A DNA stretch of 64,000 nucleotides from an uncultured Chloroflexia bacterium (GTDB lineage Bacteria > Chloroflexota > Limnocylindria > Limnocylindrales > CSP1-4), in assembly GCA_963801745.1 (NCBI GenBank), contig CAWDFY010000002.1, forward strand, positions 108,885 through 172,884, written 5' to 3'. The notes under the pieces were generated by a model. The model did not search any database. It saw only the letters and a list, made by a program, of their open reading frames with translations, and had not been told where the DNA came from. The stretch's first letter is position 1; each line of letters opens with the position of its first letter. The translations under genes and the position numbers were made by a program. Positions 38,582-47,900 of this stretch are shown piece after piece.

Positions 38582-39271
38582 CTAGGCCGTGGGCTCCGCC
38601 GGCGATGCGTCGGCCTCCGTCTCCTCGCGGATGACCAGCCAGTACACCGCCCACCCCGCGATGGCGCCACCGATCGGCGCGACGAGGTAGATCCACAGCG
38701 CGCTCAGGTCGCCGCCGATCAGCGCCGATCCGATCGATCGGGCCGGGTTGACCGACGCACCGGACAGCGTCGCGCTCGCGAAGTGGATCGCGACGAGCGT
38801 CAACGGGATGGCCAGCGCGGCGAGCGCAGCCGCTCGCTGCATGCAGACCAGGATCACCAGGATGAACCCGGCCGTCATGACGAACTCGATGATCAGTGCC
38901 CCGATGTCGGACACGCCGCCGCCCGGCTTGGTGATGCCGTCGGCGACCGCCTGCTGACCGGCCACGACCGCCACGACCGCGGCAGCCGCGATCGCCCCGA
39001 TGACCTGCGCCAGGATGTAGCCGATCGCGTCGGTCACCTCCACGCGCTTGTCGAGCAGCGCCGCGACCGTGACCGCGGGATTGAAATGGCCCCCTGAGAT
39101 GTGGCCGACCGCGAAGATCGCGGCGAGCAGGCCGAGGCCGAACGAGAACGGGACGACGAGCAGGTTCGGCGTATCCACCGACGCACCGCCGATCGCCGGG
39201 ACCGACAGGTAGCCGATCGTCAGGAAGAGGAACGTGCCGATCAGCTCCGCCAGGTACTTGCGGGTGTCCAT
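38582..39271 (-). CDS. Aquaporin (MIP family, AqpZ-like)
   Basis: AELIGTF, SGGHFNPAVT, ASVNPARS. Confidence 0.93.
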   Translation of the reverse strand: MDTRKYLAELIGTFLFLTIGYLSVPAIGGASVDTPNLLVVPFSFGLGLLAAIFAVGHISGGHFNPAVTVAALLDKRVEVTDAIGYILAQVIGAIAAAAVVAVVAGQQAVADGITKPGGGVSDIGALIIEFVMTAGFILVILVCMQRAAALAALAIPLTLVAIHFASATLSGASVNPARSIGSALIGGDLSALWIYLVAPIGGAIAGWAVYWLVIREETEADASPAEPTA

Positions 39272-39325
39272 GATCCCTCCACGTAGGTCCGTTGCCTCAC
39301 CGCAACGGTCTGGGCGAGACCGATG

Positions 39326-39987
39326 CTACCCGGTCGGTCCAGCCCCGGAGCCGTCCCGGCGCTCGAGGTCCACGCGTCGACGGGCGGCTCGGACGAGCAG
39401 GCTGTCGCGCCACGTCCGGCACAGGACCTCGACCAGCTCGAGCCGATCGACCGCCGCGTCGGGGTCCGTCCCGACCGCGACCGCGCCGTGACGCTCGAGC
39501 AGCGCCACGTCCGCGACGCGGCTCCGGACCCTCCGACAGCGACTGTCGCGACCCGAGCGGCCAGCTCGTCGCTGCCCATCTCGCCGAACGGCACGAACGG
39601 CAGGCGCGGGATGAGCAGGGCCGTCTCGGGCAGGGCGGCCGGATCGGGGATCTCGCCGCCGAGCGTCAGCGCCATCGAGGCGGGCAGGTGGGCATGGGCG
39701 ACCGCGCCGATGTCAGGCCGCGCGGCGTAGACCGCGAGGTGGATCGCGAGGTCCGACGACGGCCCGAGGCCCGACACCGACCGTGCATCGCGGGCCCCGG
39801 GACCGATCGTCACGACGACGATGTCGTCCGCGCTCAGCTCGTCCTTGCGCCGCCCGCTCGGCGTGACGGCGACCCGGTCCCCGTCGAGCCGGACGGACAG
39901 GTTGCCCTCGCCGGCGGAGATCAGGCCACGCGCCCCGAGCCGCAGCCCGGCGGCGACGATCCCGGCGGCGGCGATGCTCGAGTCCAC
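39326..39987 (-). CDS. Class II aldolase/adducin family protein (indel near 39510-39550)
   Basis: GEGNLSVR, VTPSG, PSSD..IH, AHAH, then LLERHGAVAVG in a shifted frame. Confidence 0.8.
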
Positions 39988-40039
39988 GCATCGATGGTAG
40001 TGGAGGTGGCCGGCGACCCGCCCCTCGTACCATCCGCTG

Positions 40040-41263
40040 GTGCCCGAGCCCCGACCCCTCCGTCGGAACCGCGACTTCAAGGTCCTGCTGACGTCGCAGG
40101 CCATCTCCGCCGTCGGCGATGCGGTCACGTTCACGGCGCTGCCGCTGCTCGTCCTGGCGCTCACCGGGTCGGGCCTGATGATGGGCATCGTCGGGGCGCT
40201 CGGGATGCTGCCCGACCTGTTCTTCGGCATGGTGGCGGGCGCGCTCGCCGACCGCGGCGACCGGCGCCGGATGATGCTGCTCGCGGATCTCGGGCGGGCC
40301 GGGCTCACCGCCCTGATCCCGCTGTCGGTCCTGCTCGGCGGCCCGACGATCGCGGTGATCCTGATCGTCGTCGCGCCGTTGAGCATCCTGCGCGCGCTGT
40401 TCATCGCGGGCTACAGCGCATCGGTGCCGATGCTCGTCGGGCGGTCCGAGCTCGGCCGGGCGCTGTCGATCTTCGAGGCGATCTACTCGTTCGGCTTCAT
40501 CATCGGCCCGGCGATCGCCGGGTTCCTCGCGGCGACGATCGGTCCCGGGCCGACGCTCGCGATCGACGCGGCGTCGTTCGCCCTGTCCTCGCTCGCGATC
40601 GCCTTCATGCGCCCCCTGCGGCCGCCGGCCGACCGGCCGCCGGCGTCCCTGGTGGCCGACATCCGCGAAGGCATCGACTACATCGTCGGCCACGCGGCCC
40701 TGCGATCGATCATCCTGTTCTGGGGATTGGTCGCCATCACCACCGCGCCGCTCGTCACGGTCCTGGCGGTCCTCGTGACGCGCGACCGCGGCTACGACGC
40801 GGCGGTCCTCGGACTGGTCCTCACCGCGTTCGGGGTCGGCACGGTCGTCGGCGCGCTGCTGACCGCCCGAGCCAAGCGCAGACCCGTCGCGCCGTCGATG
40901 CTCGGCGGGACGGCCGGCATCGGCGTTCTCGCGATCGTCGTCGCCGTCAGCGACCAGGTCCCTGTCCTGCTCGCGGCGGCCGGCCTGGCGGGCATCTGCC
41001 AGAGCCTCGTGTTCCTGACGTACATCACGGCCCGGACGAACTACGTTCCGGATGCCCTGCTCGGGCGTGTCGGCAGTACGGCCCGGACGATCTCGCTCGG
41101 TCTCCAGCCGATCGGGATGCTCGCAGGCGGCCTGCTGATCGACCTCACCAGCGGCTCGACGACGATCGCGCTCATGGGCATCGTGCTGATCGGGCTCGCG
41201 CTGGTGTTCACGCCGGTCGCCCCGCTGCGTCGCGCGACGACGCAGCCCACGACGCCGCGGTAG
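40040..41263 (+). CDS. MFS transporter (EntS/DHA3-like)
   Basis: About 12 hydrophobic segments, GALADRGDRRR motif A, VPDALLGRV. Confidence 0.9.
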   Translation: MPEPRPLRRNRDFKVLLTSQAISAVGDAVTFTALPLLVLALTGSGLMMGIVGALGMLPDLFFGMVAGALADRGDRRRMMLLADLGRAGLTALIPLSVLLGGPTIAVILIVVAPLSILRALFIAGYSASVPMLVGRSELGRALSIFEAIYSFGFIIGPAIAGFLAATIGPGPTLAIDAASFALSSLAIAFMRPLRPPADRPPASLVADIREGIDYIVGHAALRSIILFWGLVAITTAPLVTVLAVLVTRDRGYDAAVLGLVLTAFGVGTVVGALLTARAKRRPVAPSMLGGTAGIGVLAIVVAVSDQVPVLLAAAGLAGICQSLVFLTYITARTNYVPDALLGRVGSTARTISLGLQPIGMLAGGLLIDLTSGSTTIALMGIVLIGLALVFTPVAPLRRATTQPTTPR

Positions 41264-41266
41264 CGG

Positions 41267-41404
41267 TCAGGCGGCGGCGTCCAGCGCGACAGCCGGGTCC
41301 GGGCCGACGTCGACGGTGATGCCGCAGCCGTCGCATGTGACGGCCGCGAGCGACTCGTCGGTGGTGGCCTCGCCCGCGCAGAGCGGGCAGTCGATGGTGA
41401 TCAT
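41267..41404 (-). CDS. Small zinc-ribbon protein (45 aa)
   Basis: CPLC...CDGC; GAGG upstream of ATG 41404. Confidence 0.6.
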   Translation of the reverse strand: MITIDCPLCAGEATTDESLAAVTCDGCGITVDVGPDPAVALDAAA

Positions 41405-41466
41405 GTCGGTCCTCGTGACTCCAGGCGGTGATCCGATGCCCGGAGTGTCGTCGGGTCCTGTGACAG

Positions 41467-42057
41467 CTAGGCTGTCGCGCCGTACCGGAAGCACCCGGGA
41501 AGGTGATCGTCGACCAGCCCGACGCTCTGCATGAACGCGTACACGATCGTCGACCCGACGAACCGGAAGCCGCGGGCCCGAAGGTCGCGCGACAGTGCGT
41601 CCGATACCGGTGTCGAGGCGGGGATGTCGCCACCCAGCGTGCCGGCCGGGAGCATCGCCGGCGGGCCCGGCACCATGCTCGCGAGGTAGGCGTCGAACGA
41701 CCCGAACTCGTCGGCCAGCGCCAGCACGCCGGCCGCGTTGCCGATCGTGGCATCGATCTTGGCGCGGTTGCGCACGATGCCGGCGTCCGCCATCAGCCGG
41801 GCGCGATCGGCGTCATCGAAGGCGGCGACGACCCGGGGATCGAACCCGCGGAAGGCCGACCGGAACGACTCGCGCTTGTTGAGGATGGTCGACCACGACA
41901 GCCCGGCCTGGAACGACTCGAGCGCGAGCCGCTCGAACAGCTCCCGGTCGTCGTGGCAGGGCACGCCCCACTCGGTGTCGTGGTACTCGACCATCCGCGC
42001 GTCGGGCCGGGCCACGTCGGCGCCCGACCACCAGCAGCGCTCGAGTCCGTCGGTCAT
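41467..42057 (-). CDS. tag: DNA-3-methyladenine glycosylase I
   Basis: RCWW, YHDTEWG, FQAGLSW, GIVRNRAKI, GFRFVG, DDHLPGC. Confidence 0.95.
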   Translation of the reverse strand: MTDGLERCWWSGADVARPDARMVEYHDTEWGVPCHDDRELFERLALESFQAGLSWSTILNKRESFRSAFRGFDPRVVAAFDDADRARLMADAGIVRNRAKIDATIGNAAGVLALADEFGSFDAYLASMVPGPPAMLPAGTLGGDIPASTPVSDALSRDLRARGFRFVGSTIVYAFMQSVGLVDDHLPGCFRYGATA

Positions 42058-42083
42058 CGCCGCAGGCTACGCTAGCCGGCGTC

Positions 42084-42626
42084 ATGGCGTTCCACTGCTA
42101 TCTCGGCCACGGCGCCTCGGGCACGTCCGAGAGCATGCGCCCGTTCGTCGAAGGCCTGCGGGCCCGCGGCATCGAGGCGACCGCCATCGACCTGCCCAAG
42201 CGCAAGGCCGAGGCCGCCGTGCCGGCCTTCCACGAGGTCGTCCCGAGCGGCCCGGAGGTCGTCGTCGGCGGCCACTCGTATGGCGGCCGTGTGGCCAGCC
42301 TGGCGGCGGCGGAGCCCGACGCCCCGTTCGCCGCGCTGGTCCTGTTCTCGTTCCCGCTCCATCCGCCGGGATCGCCCGAGCGGACCGAGGCGCGCACGAG
42401 CCACTTCTCGGCGATCCGATGCCCGACGCTCCTGCTCTCAGGTGAAGCCGACCCGTTCGCCCGTCTCGAGCTGCTGCACGAGGCCGTCGGGCGGTTCGGC
42501 GGTCCCGCCGAGCTCGTCACCTACCCGAAGCTCGGTCACGGGCTCAAGCCGGTCCTGGACGAGGCCCTCGACCGCGTCGCCGCGTTCCTCGCCGAGGTGG
42601 CAGAAGACCGCCCTACCGCCACCTGA
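42084..42626 (+). CDS. Small alpha/beta hydrolase (KANL3/Tex30-like)
   Basis: GHGA, GGHSYGGR, FPLHPPG, GEADPF, GH. Confidence 0.85.
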   Translation: MAFHCYLGHGASGTSESMRPFVEGLRARGIEATAIDLPKRKAEAAVPAFHEVVPSGPEVVVGGHSYGGRVASLAAAEPDAPFAALVLFSFPLHPPGSPERTEARTSHFSAIRCPTLLLSGEADPFARLELLHEAVGRFGGPAELVTYPKLGHGLKPVLDEALDRVAAFLAEVAEDRPTAT

Positions 42627-42637
42627 CCGACGGGCTA

Positions 42638-42820
42638 TTGCCCGCCCTTGCGGGCGGTCGATACCCTGTATGCCCTGTGGTCCGGCACGGCGCGGAGCGC
42701 GCCGGCCTGACCGACCGGCGTGTCGTGGGAGTGCCCATACCGCGACCCAAGCGCGGTGCTCCCCGGCCCCGGACCCGAGCCGCTCCGACGTGCTCACCGC
42801 GTCGGACCGGCGGGAAGGAG
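42638..42820 (+). promoter_or_regulatory. Putative promoter and structured 5' leader
   Basis: TTGCCC, 18-nt spacer, TACCCT (42638-42667), followed by several nested hairpins up to the GGAAGGAG RBS. Confidence 0.35.
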
Positions 42821-42826
42821 TCGGTA

Positions 42827-43681
42827 TTGCGAGCCCAGTTCCCGGGCGGCCTCGTCGCGGTCGTCGTCGCCACCTGCCTGACCGTCCTCGTCGGCGGCGT
42901 GGCGCCCCCCGACGTGGCGTCCCCCGACATGACCGTGGCGGGGTCGCCGCACGGCCTCGCGCGCTTCAAGGCGGCCGTCGGGCACATCGAATCGGGCGGC
43001 CGGTACACGGCCCGGAACCCGATCTCGGGCGCCTACGGGAAGTACCAGATCCTCCCGGCGAACTGGCCGGTCTGGGCACGCCAGTACCTGGGCAACCCCA
43101 ACGCGGTCCAGACCCCACGCAACCAGGAGCGCGTCGCCTCCGGGAAGATGACCTCCCTGCTGCGCTGGCTCGGGTCGTGGCGACGGGTCGCCTACTGGTG
43201 GCTGACCGGCTCGTCACGGACCAGCGGCTGGTCGACGTACGCCCGGGCATACGTCGAGCGCGTCATGGATCGCTATACGGCGTCCGCCCCCACGAGGCGA
43301 TCGCCCGTCCGCACACGGGTCGTGACCGACCGCTCGAAGTCGCTCGTCTACCGCGGCACGTGGCGGGTCGCCCGCCACCCCGGCTACGACGGCGATGTCG
43401 TCCGGTACGCCACGTCGAAGGGCGCCAGCGCGACCCTCACCTTCACGGGCCGACGGGTCATCTGGCATGGCCCGACCGGCCCGACGCGGGGCAAGGCGCG
43501 GGTGTTCGTGGACGGCAAGGCCGTGCGCACGATCGACCTCCGACGCCGCAGCTTCGACCCGCGGGCCGCCCTGTTCTCCACGCGCTGGTCGAGGAGCGGC
43601 AGGCACACGATCCGCATCGTCGTGCTCGGGACGAGGGGTCGACCGATGGTCGCCATCGACGATCTCACGGTCGTCCGGTAA
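42827..43681 (+). CDS. Secreted lysozyme-like/lytic transglycosylase domain plus a C-terminal beta-sandwich
   Basis: Signal-like hydrophobic N-terminus, IESGGRY.A.N..SGAYGKYQI; C-terminal ATLTFTG...GPTRGKARVFVDG; TTG start after an RBS. Confidence 0.75.
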   Translation: MRAQFPGGLVAVVVATCLTVLVGGVAPPDVASPDMTVAGSPHGLARFKAAVGHIESGGRYTARNPISGAYGKYQILPANWPVWARQYLGNPNAVQTPRNQERVASGKMTSLLRWLGSWRRVAYWWLTGSSRTSGWSTYARAYVERVMDRYTASAPTRRSPVRTRVVTDRSKSLVYRGTWRVARHPGYDGDVVRYATSKGASATLTFTGRRVIWHGPTGPTRGKARVFVDGKAVRTIDLRRRSFDPRAALFSTRWSRSGRHTIRIVVLGTRGRPMVAIDDLTVVR

Positions 43682-43700
43682 CGGCGAGCGACCGCCCCGC

Positions 43701-44081
43701 TCAGCGGGTCGCGATCACCTCGATCTCGACGGTGTAGTCGGCCGCCAGGGCGGTCACACCGACCGTCGCCCGCGTGGGCGCGTCGGTCGGGAAGTACTCG
43801 CGATAGACCGTGTTCATCGCCGCGAAGTCGCCGAAGTCGCGGAGATAGACCGTGGCCTTGACCACGTCGGCGTAGGTCAGACCGGCCGCCTCCAGCAGCC
43901 GCCCGACGTTGTCGAGCATCGCCCGGGTCTCTGCTTCGATCCCGCCCGGGACGGCGCCGTGCGAGCCGGGCGCATCGCCGACCTGGCCGGCCAGGAACAC
44001 GAAACCGTTCGCCTCGACGACCTGCGAGAACGGATACGGCCCGGGTTCGATGCCGGGCAGGTCGGGCACGTGCTTGGGCAT
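43701..44081 (-). CDS. RidA/YjgF family enamine deaminase
   Basis: PFSQ, FLAGQ, DVVKATVYL, MNTVY.EYF...PTRATV, VEIE. Confidence 0.92.
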   Translation of the reverse strand: MPKHVPDLPGIEPGPYPFSQVVEANGFVFLAGQVGDAPGSHGAVPGGIEAETRAMLDNVGRLLEAAGLTYADVVKATVYLRDFGDFAAMNTVYREYFPTDAPTRATVGVTALAADYTVEIEVIATR

Positions 44082-44154
44082 GGGTGCCTCCTTCCACGGG
44101 GAGTGTGCGGCACGGCACCGACCGGCGACGGGCCGGCACGATAGCCTTCTCGTC

Positions 44155-45063
44155 GTGGCCGTCATCGAGACCCGGGGTCTGACGAAACGCTACGGGCGCG
44201 AGCCGACGCCCGCCCTGGCCGACCTCGACCTGGCCGTCGAGGCGGGCGAGATCTTCGGCTTCCTCGGTCCCAACGGGGCAGGGAAGTCGACCACGATCCG
44301 GCTGCTGCTGGGCTTCCTGCACGCGACCGCCGGCTCGGCCAGCGTGCTCGGCCACGACATCGAGGCGGGCTCCGTCGAGATCCGATGGCGCACGGGCTAC
44401 CTGCCCGGCGGCATCGCGTTCTGGGACGGGCTGACCGGGGAGCGGCTGCTCGACGAGCTCGGCGACATGTCCGGACGCCCACCGGTCCGTCGTGCGGAGC
44501 TGCTCGAGCGGCTCGAGCTCGGCGACGCGATGCGCCGCCAGGTGCGCGACTACTCGCGCGGCATGCGCCAGAAGCTCGGCATCATCCAGGCCCTCCAGCA
44601 CGACCCGGAGCTGGCGATCCTCGACGAGCCCTCGGAGGGCCTCGACCCGCTGATGCAGCGCTCGTTCTACGAGATCCTCGAGGAGCTGCGGGGGGCCGGC
44701 CGGACGATCTTCTTCTCGTCCCACGTGCTGTCCGAGGTCGAACGGGTCTGCGATCGCGTCGCGATCGTCCGCCAGGGCCGGCTGGTCGCCCTCGAGGACG
44801 TCGGGTCGCTGCTCGCGCGTCGCAAGCGACAGGTCGAGATGCGCTTCGTCGGCGACCCGCCGATGCTCGAGTTCGTGTCTGGCGTCAGCGACGTCCACGT
44901 CACGGGCGACCGGCTGACCTGCATGCTCGAGGGCGATGTTGCGCCGTTCCTGGCGGCCATCGCGTTCGCCAGGGTCCATGACCTGACCATCGAGCCTGCC
45001 CGGCTCGAAGACGCGTTCCTCGAGTACTACGCCGACGATCCCGACGCGGCGGTGCCCGCGTGA
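44155..45063 (+). CDS. ABC transporter ATP-binding protein
   Basis: GPNGAGKST, YSRGMRQK, LDEPS, SSH. Confidence 0.92.
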   Translation: MAVIETRGLTKRYGREPTPALADLDLAVEAGEIFGFLGPNGAGKSTTIRLLLGFLHATAGSASVLGHDIEAGSVEIRWRTGYLPGGIAFWDGLTGERLLDELGDMSGRPPVRRAELLERLELGDAMRRQVRDYSRGMRQKLGIIQALQHDPELAILDEPSEGLDPLMQRSFYEILEELRGAGRTIFFSSHVLSEVERVCDRVAIVRQGRLVALEDVGSLLARRKRQVEMRFVGDPPMLEFVSGVSDVHVTGDRLTCMLEGDVAPFLAAIAFARVHDLTIEPARLEDAFLEYYADDPDAAVPA

Positions 45064-45863
45064 ACGTCGCCTACTTCGCCCATCTGTGGCGGGCCTTCCG
45101 CTGGCGCCTGCTGCTCGTCGTCATCGCCCTGATCGTGTGGGGATCGCTGCTGCCGATCGTCTACGACGCCTTCGGCGAGCAGTTCGAGGAGCTCATGGCC
45201 ACCGGCGTCATCCCGACGCAGTTCGCGCAGTTCGGTGGCGGCGACATCTTCTCGCTGACCGGCTCGGTCGCCCTCGGGTTCATCCACCCGTTCGCGGTCG
45301 CCCTCAACCTGGTCTTCGCGGTGGGCTTCGCCGCCGCGGCCATCGCCGGCGAGCGGCAGCGGGGCACGCTCGAGGTCCTGCTCGCCCGGCCCATCTCGCG
45401 CCGACGCGCGTACGGCACGGTCGCCATCGCGACCGCGCTGTTCGTGTGCGCCACCGTCGCGGGGCTGACCCTGGGCGCCCTGCTCGGCGCGGCCGTCACC
45501 GGCCGGGTCGACGAGCTCGGCGCGGGGAACCTGCCGCTGCTGTGGCTGAACGCCGTGCTCCTGTACGCCGCGTTCGGAGCGGTCGCGCTCGCGGCATCGG
45601 TCTCGTTCGACCGGCTCGCGCCGGCCCTCGGCGTGGCGCTGGCGTTCGTGCTGGTGTCGTACTTCTTCGAGGCCATCGGCTCGCTCTGGCCGGACGCGGC
45701 GTTCCTGCAGGACTACTCGCTGTTCCACTACCTCGATGCCCGCGCCGACCTGACCGGGCTGCCCCGGTGGCAGGACTTCGGGATCCTCGCCGGGGTCGTA
45801 GCCCTCGGGGTCGGCTACGCGCTGGCCGTCTTCCCGCGGCGGGATCTCGCGGCGCCGGCCTGA
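45060..45863 (+). CDS. ABC-2 type permease
   Basis: Six TM segments, IAGERQRGTLEVLLARPISR, C-terminal RRDL. Confidence 0.9.
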   Translation: MNVAYFAHLWRAFRWRLLLVVIALIVWGSLLPIVYDAFGEQFEELMATGVIPTQFAQFGGGDIFSLTGSVALGFIHPFAVALNLVFAVGFAAAAIAGERQRGTLEVLLARPISRRRAYGTVAIATALFVCATVAGLTLGALLGAAVTGRVDELGAGNLPLLWLNAVLLYAAFGAVALAASVSFDRLAPALGVALAFVLVSYFFEAIGSLWPDAAFLQDYSLFHYLDARADLTGLPRWQDFGILAGVVALGVGYALAVFPRRDLAAPA

Positions 45864-45876
45864 CGGCCGGGAGCGA

Positions 45877-46986
45877 TCAGAGCCGCCGGTCGGCCGCCCC
45901 GACCGCCCGCTCGCACCACCACGCCAGGTCGTCGGCTGCCGTCACGCCGGACGGCAGCGTGATGCCGGCGGCCGCATCGAGGCCCTTGCGCCAGCCGCGG
46001 AGCAGCAGGCCGACGATCCAGATCAGGTCGATCTGGACGTCCCAGTCGCCCGCGAGGCTGGCGAAGTCCTGCCGGCCGCTCTCCGAGCCCCACCGGTCGC
46101 TGTCCCATTCCAGGGCCGATCGGTAGTCGGCCAGGACGACGTCCGGCGTCGCGGCCAGCGAGGCGCTGTTCGAGACAAGGAGCCAGCCGAGCTCGACGGC
46201 TACGGGCGCCAGGAGCGTCATCTGCCAATCGATGAACCCGACCGCCTTCTCGCCGAACAGGGCGACGTTGGCGAACTTGACGTCGCCGTGCAGGCCGCGG
46301 GCCGGGAGCGCCTCGAGCGCCGCCACGAGCGGTGCGGGATCGTCCCCGAGCCGGCCGATCAGCTCTCTGGCGGCATCGGGCGCGGCGTGGTCGAACGCGT
46401 CCCAGCCGGCCAGGAACCGGTCGCCGACCGGGTTCCCATCGGCGGCGTATCTGTTAGCCGACCTGCGGGTGAGGAGCGTCAGGCGCTCCGGCAGCGCACA
46501 CCACGGCGGCGGTGGATGGCGCTCGCGTTCGGCGGTCGTCGCGAGGACATCCGGCCACGGCAGGCTGTGCAGCCGGGCGACCGCGCTCAGGATCCGGGCC
46601 AGCGTCGCGCGATCGATGACCGGGTCGAACCCGGGCCGCTCCCAGGCGATGAGCTCGTCGGAGAGGTCGGGCATGAGGATCGCGACCCCGTCCCCGTCGC
46701 CGGCCGCGCCGATGTACGGGAGGGTCCGTCCCCAGAGGCCGTCCAGCCAGGTCGACGGGAGCGCCGCCAGCCAACCCTCGCGCAGGTCCTCGTCGCGGGT
46801 CGCCCGGGCGATCCAGTCCTGCGCCAGCGACGTCCGCTTGAGCACGAACCGTCGACCCGTCTGGTCCTGGAGGCTGGTGAACGTCGCACCGGACCAGCCG
46901 TCGTTGGGGAACTCGTGTTCGGGCGACATCTCCAGGCCGTGCTCGGTCAGGAGGTCGAGCAGCGTGCGATCCCGCCAGCCGGCCAT
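45877..46986 (-). CDS. Aminoglycoside phosphotransferase/choline kinase-fold protein
   Basis: FVLKR, HGDVKFAN (Brenner motif), FIDWQ. Confidence 0.85.
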   Translation of the reverse strand: MAGWRDRTLLDLLTEHGLEMSPEHEFPNDGWSGATFTSLQDQTGRRFVLKRTSLAQDWIARATRDEDLREGWLAALPSTWLDGLWGRTLPYIGAAGDGDGVAILMPDLSDELIAWERPGFDPVIDRATLARILSAVARLHSLPWPDVLATTAERERHPPPPWCALPERLTLLTRRSANRYAADGNPVGDRFLAGWDAFDHAAPDAARELIGRLGDDPAPLVAALEALPARGLHGDVKFANVALFGEKAVGFIDWQMTLLAPVAVELGWLLVSNSASLAATPDVVLADYRSALEWDSDRWGSESGRQDFASLAGDWDVQIDLIWIVGLLLRGWRKGLDAAAGITLPSGVTAADDLAWWCERAVGAADRRL

Positions 46987-46994
46987 CCGCGTCG

Positions 46995-47411
46995 TCAGCA
47001 GGGCGCGGGCACGTCGTCGGCACCATCGGGGCCGCCATCGACGTACACGACGTGCGAATCCGGGCAGTTCCGGGTCAGGACGACGACCAGCGGCTCGGTC
47101 GAGCTGGCGTTCTCCTCGACATGGATCTCACCCGCCGGGATGTACACGAAATCCCCGGCCGCTGCCGACATCTCGTGCTCGAGCCCGCTCGGGCCCCACG
47201 TGTAGCGGGCGGCGCCCGACACGATGTAGATCGACGTCTCGCAGTCGCCGTGGTGGTGGATGCGGGTCTTGTCGCCGGGCGCGGTCGAGACGATCGACGA
47301 ATACAGTCGCTCCGACCCGACCGTCGGTCGCGAGATCGCGATCGAGCGCTCCATGCCGGCGTGCTGGCCGACCGTCGTGACGCGGTCGTCGGGCGAGACG
47401 CGGGTCGCCAT
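46995..47411 (-). CDS. Cupin domain protein
   Basis: HHHGDCETSIYIVSG, GDFVYIPAGEIH.EEN. Confidence 0.88.
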   Translation of the reverse strand: MATRVSPDDRVTTVGQHAGMERSIAISRPTVGSERLYSSIVSTAPGDKTRIHHHGDCETSIYIVSGAARYTWGPSGLEHEMSAAAGDFVYIPAGEIHVEENASSTEPLVVVLTRNCPDSHVVYVDGGPDGADDVPAPC

Positions 47412-47869
47412 CAACCGGACCCGTCGAGGCGCTCGACGACGCGGAACCACTCGCACACGACGACGGTCGAGTCGGTGAGCTCGAAAGCCGGGTCGTGAAG
47501 CCCGGCCCGAAGCTCGTCGATGTAGCCGTTCCAGAACCGCTCGTGCGATACCCGCCACTCCCGGGCATCGGCGTAGCCCTCGCCCTCGGCCCGGGCGAAC
47601 TCGTCGCTCACCAGGGCGATCGTCGACAGGTCCACGCGCGTGATCTCGATGACGGCCACCGGTCGACCGGTCGAGTCGATCAGGACCTCTCGGTCGCCGG
47701 GTCGTGACGGCAAGTCGCCGTCGACGACGTAGTCGACCGCCAGGCCGGCCGTCGCGACCTTCGTGCCGTCGAGCGCGAGCGCCGTGAGCTCGTCGCGCAG
47801 CGGACCGGGGAACGCGAAGCCCCAGGCCGGCAGGCCGAGGTGGGTGGCGGGTTCGACGGGCTCGGGCAT
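47411..47869 (-). CDS. ASCH domain protein
   Basis: GTKVAT, FARAEGEG, W..SH..FW, VVCEWF; TGATG coupling to the cupin gene. Confidence 0.88.
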   Translation of the reverse strand: MPEPVEPATHLGLPAWGFAFPGPLRDELTALALDGTKVATAGLAVDYVVDGDLPSRPGDREVLIDSTGRPVAVIEITRVDLSTIALVSDEFARAEGEGYADAREWRVSHERFWNGYIDELRAGLHDPAFELTDSTVVVCEWFRVVERLDGSG

Positions 47870-47900
47870 GGGCCGATGATAGGTCGCTACCATCGCGCCG

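Noticed and set aside
42670-42820. c-di-AMP (ydaO) riboswitch
   Set aside because: The conserved GAAUC, GGAAC and GUCAGCUAAC elements are not present; kept only as an unknown structured leader
45877-46986. Antibiotic-resistance gene call for the APH-fold kinase (likewise the beta-lactamase-fold protein at 60424)
   Set aside because: Only fold-level motifs are visible, and both superfamilies are mostly non-resistance enzymes
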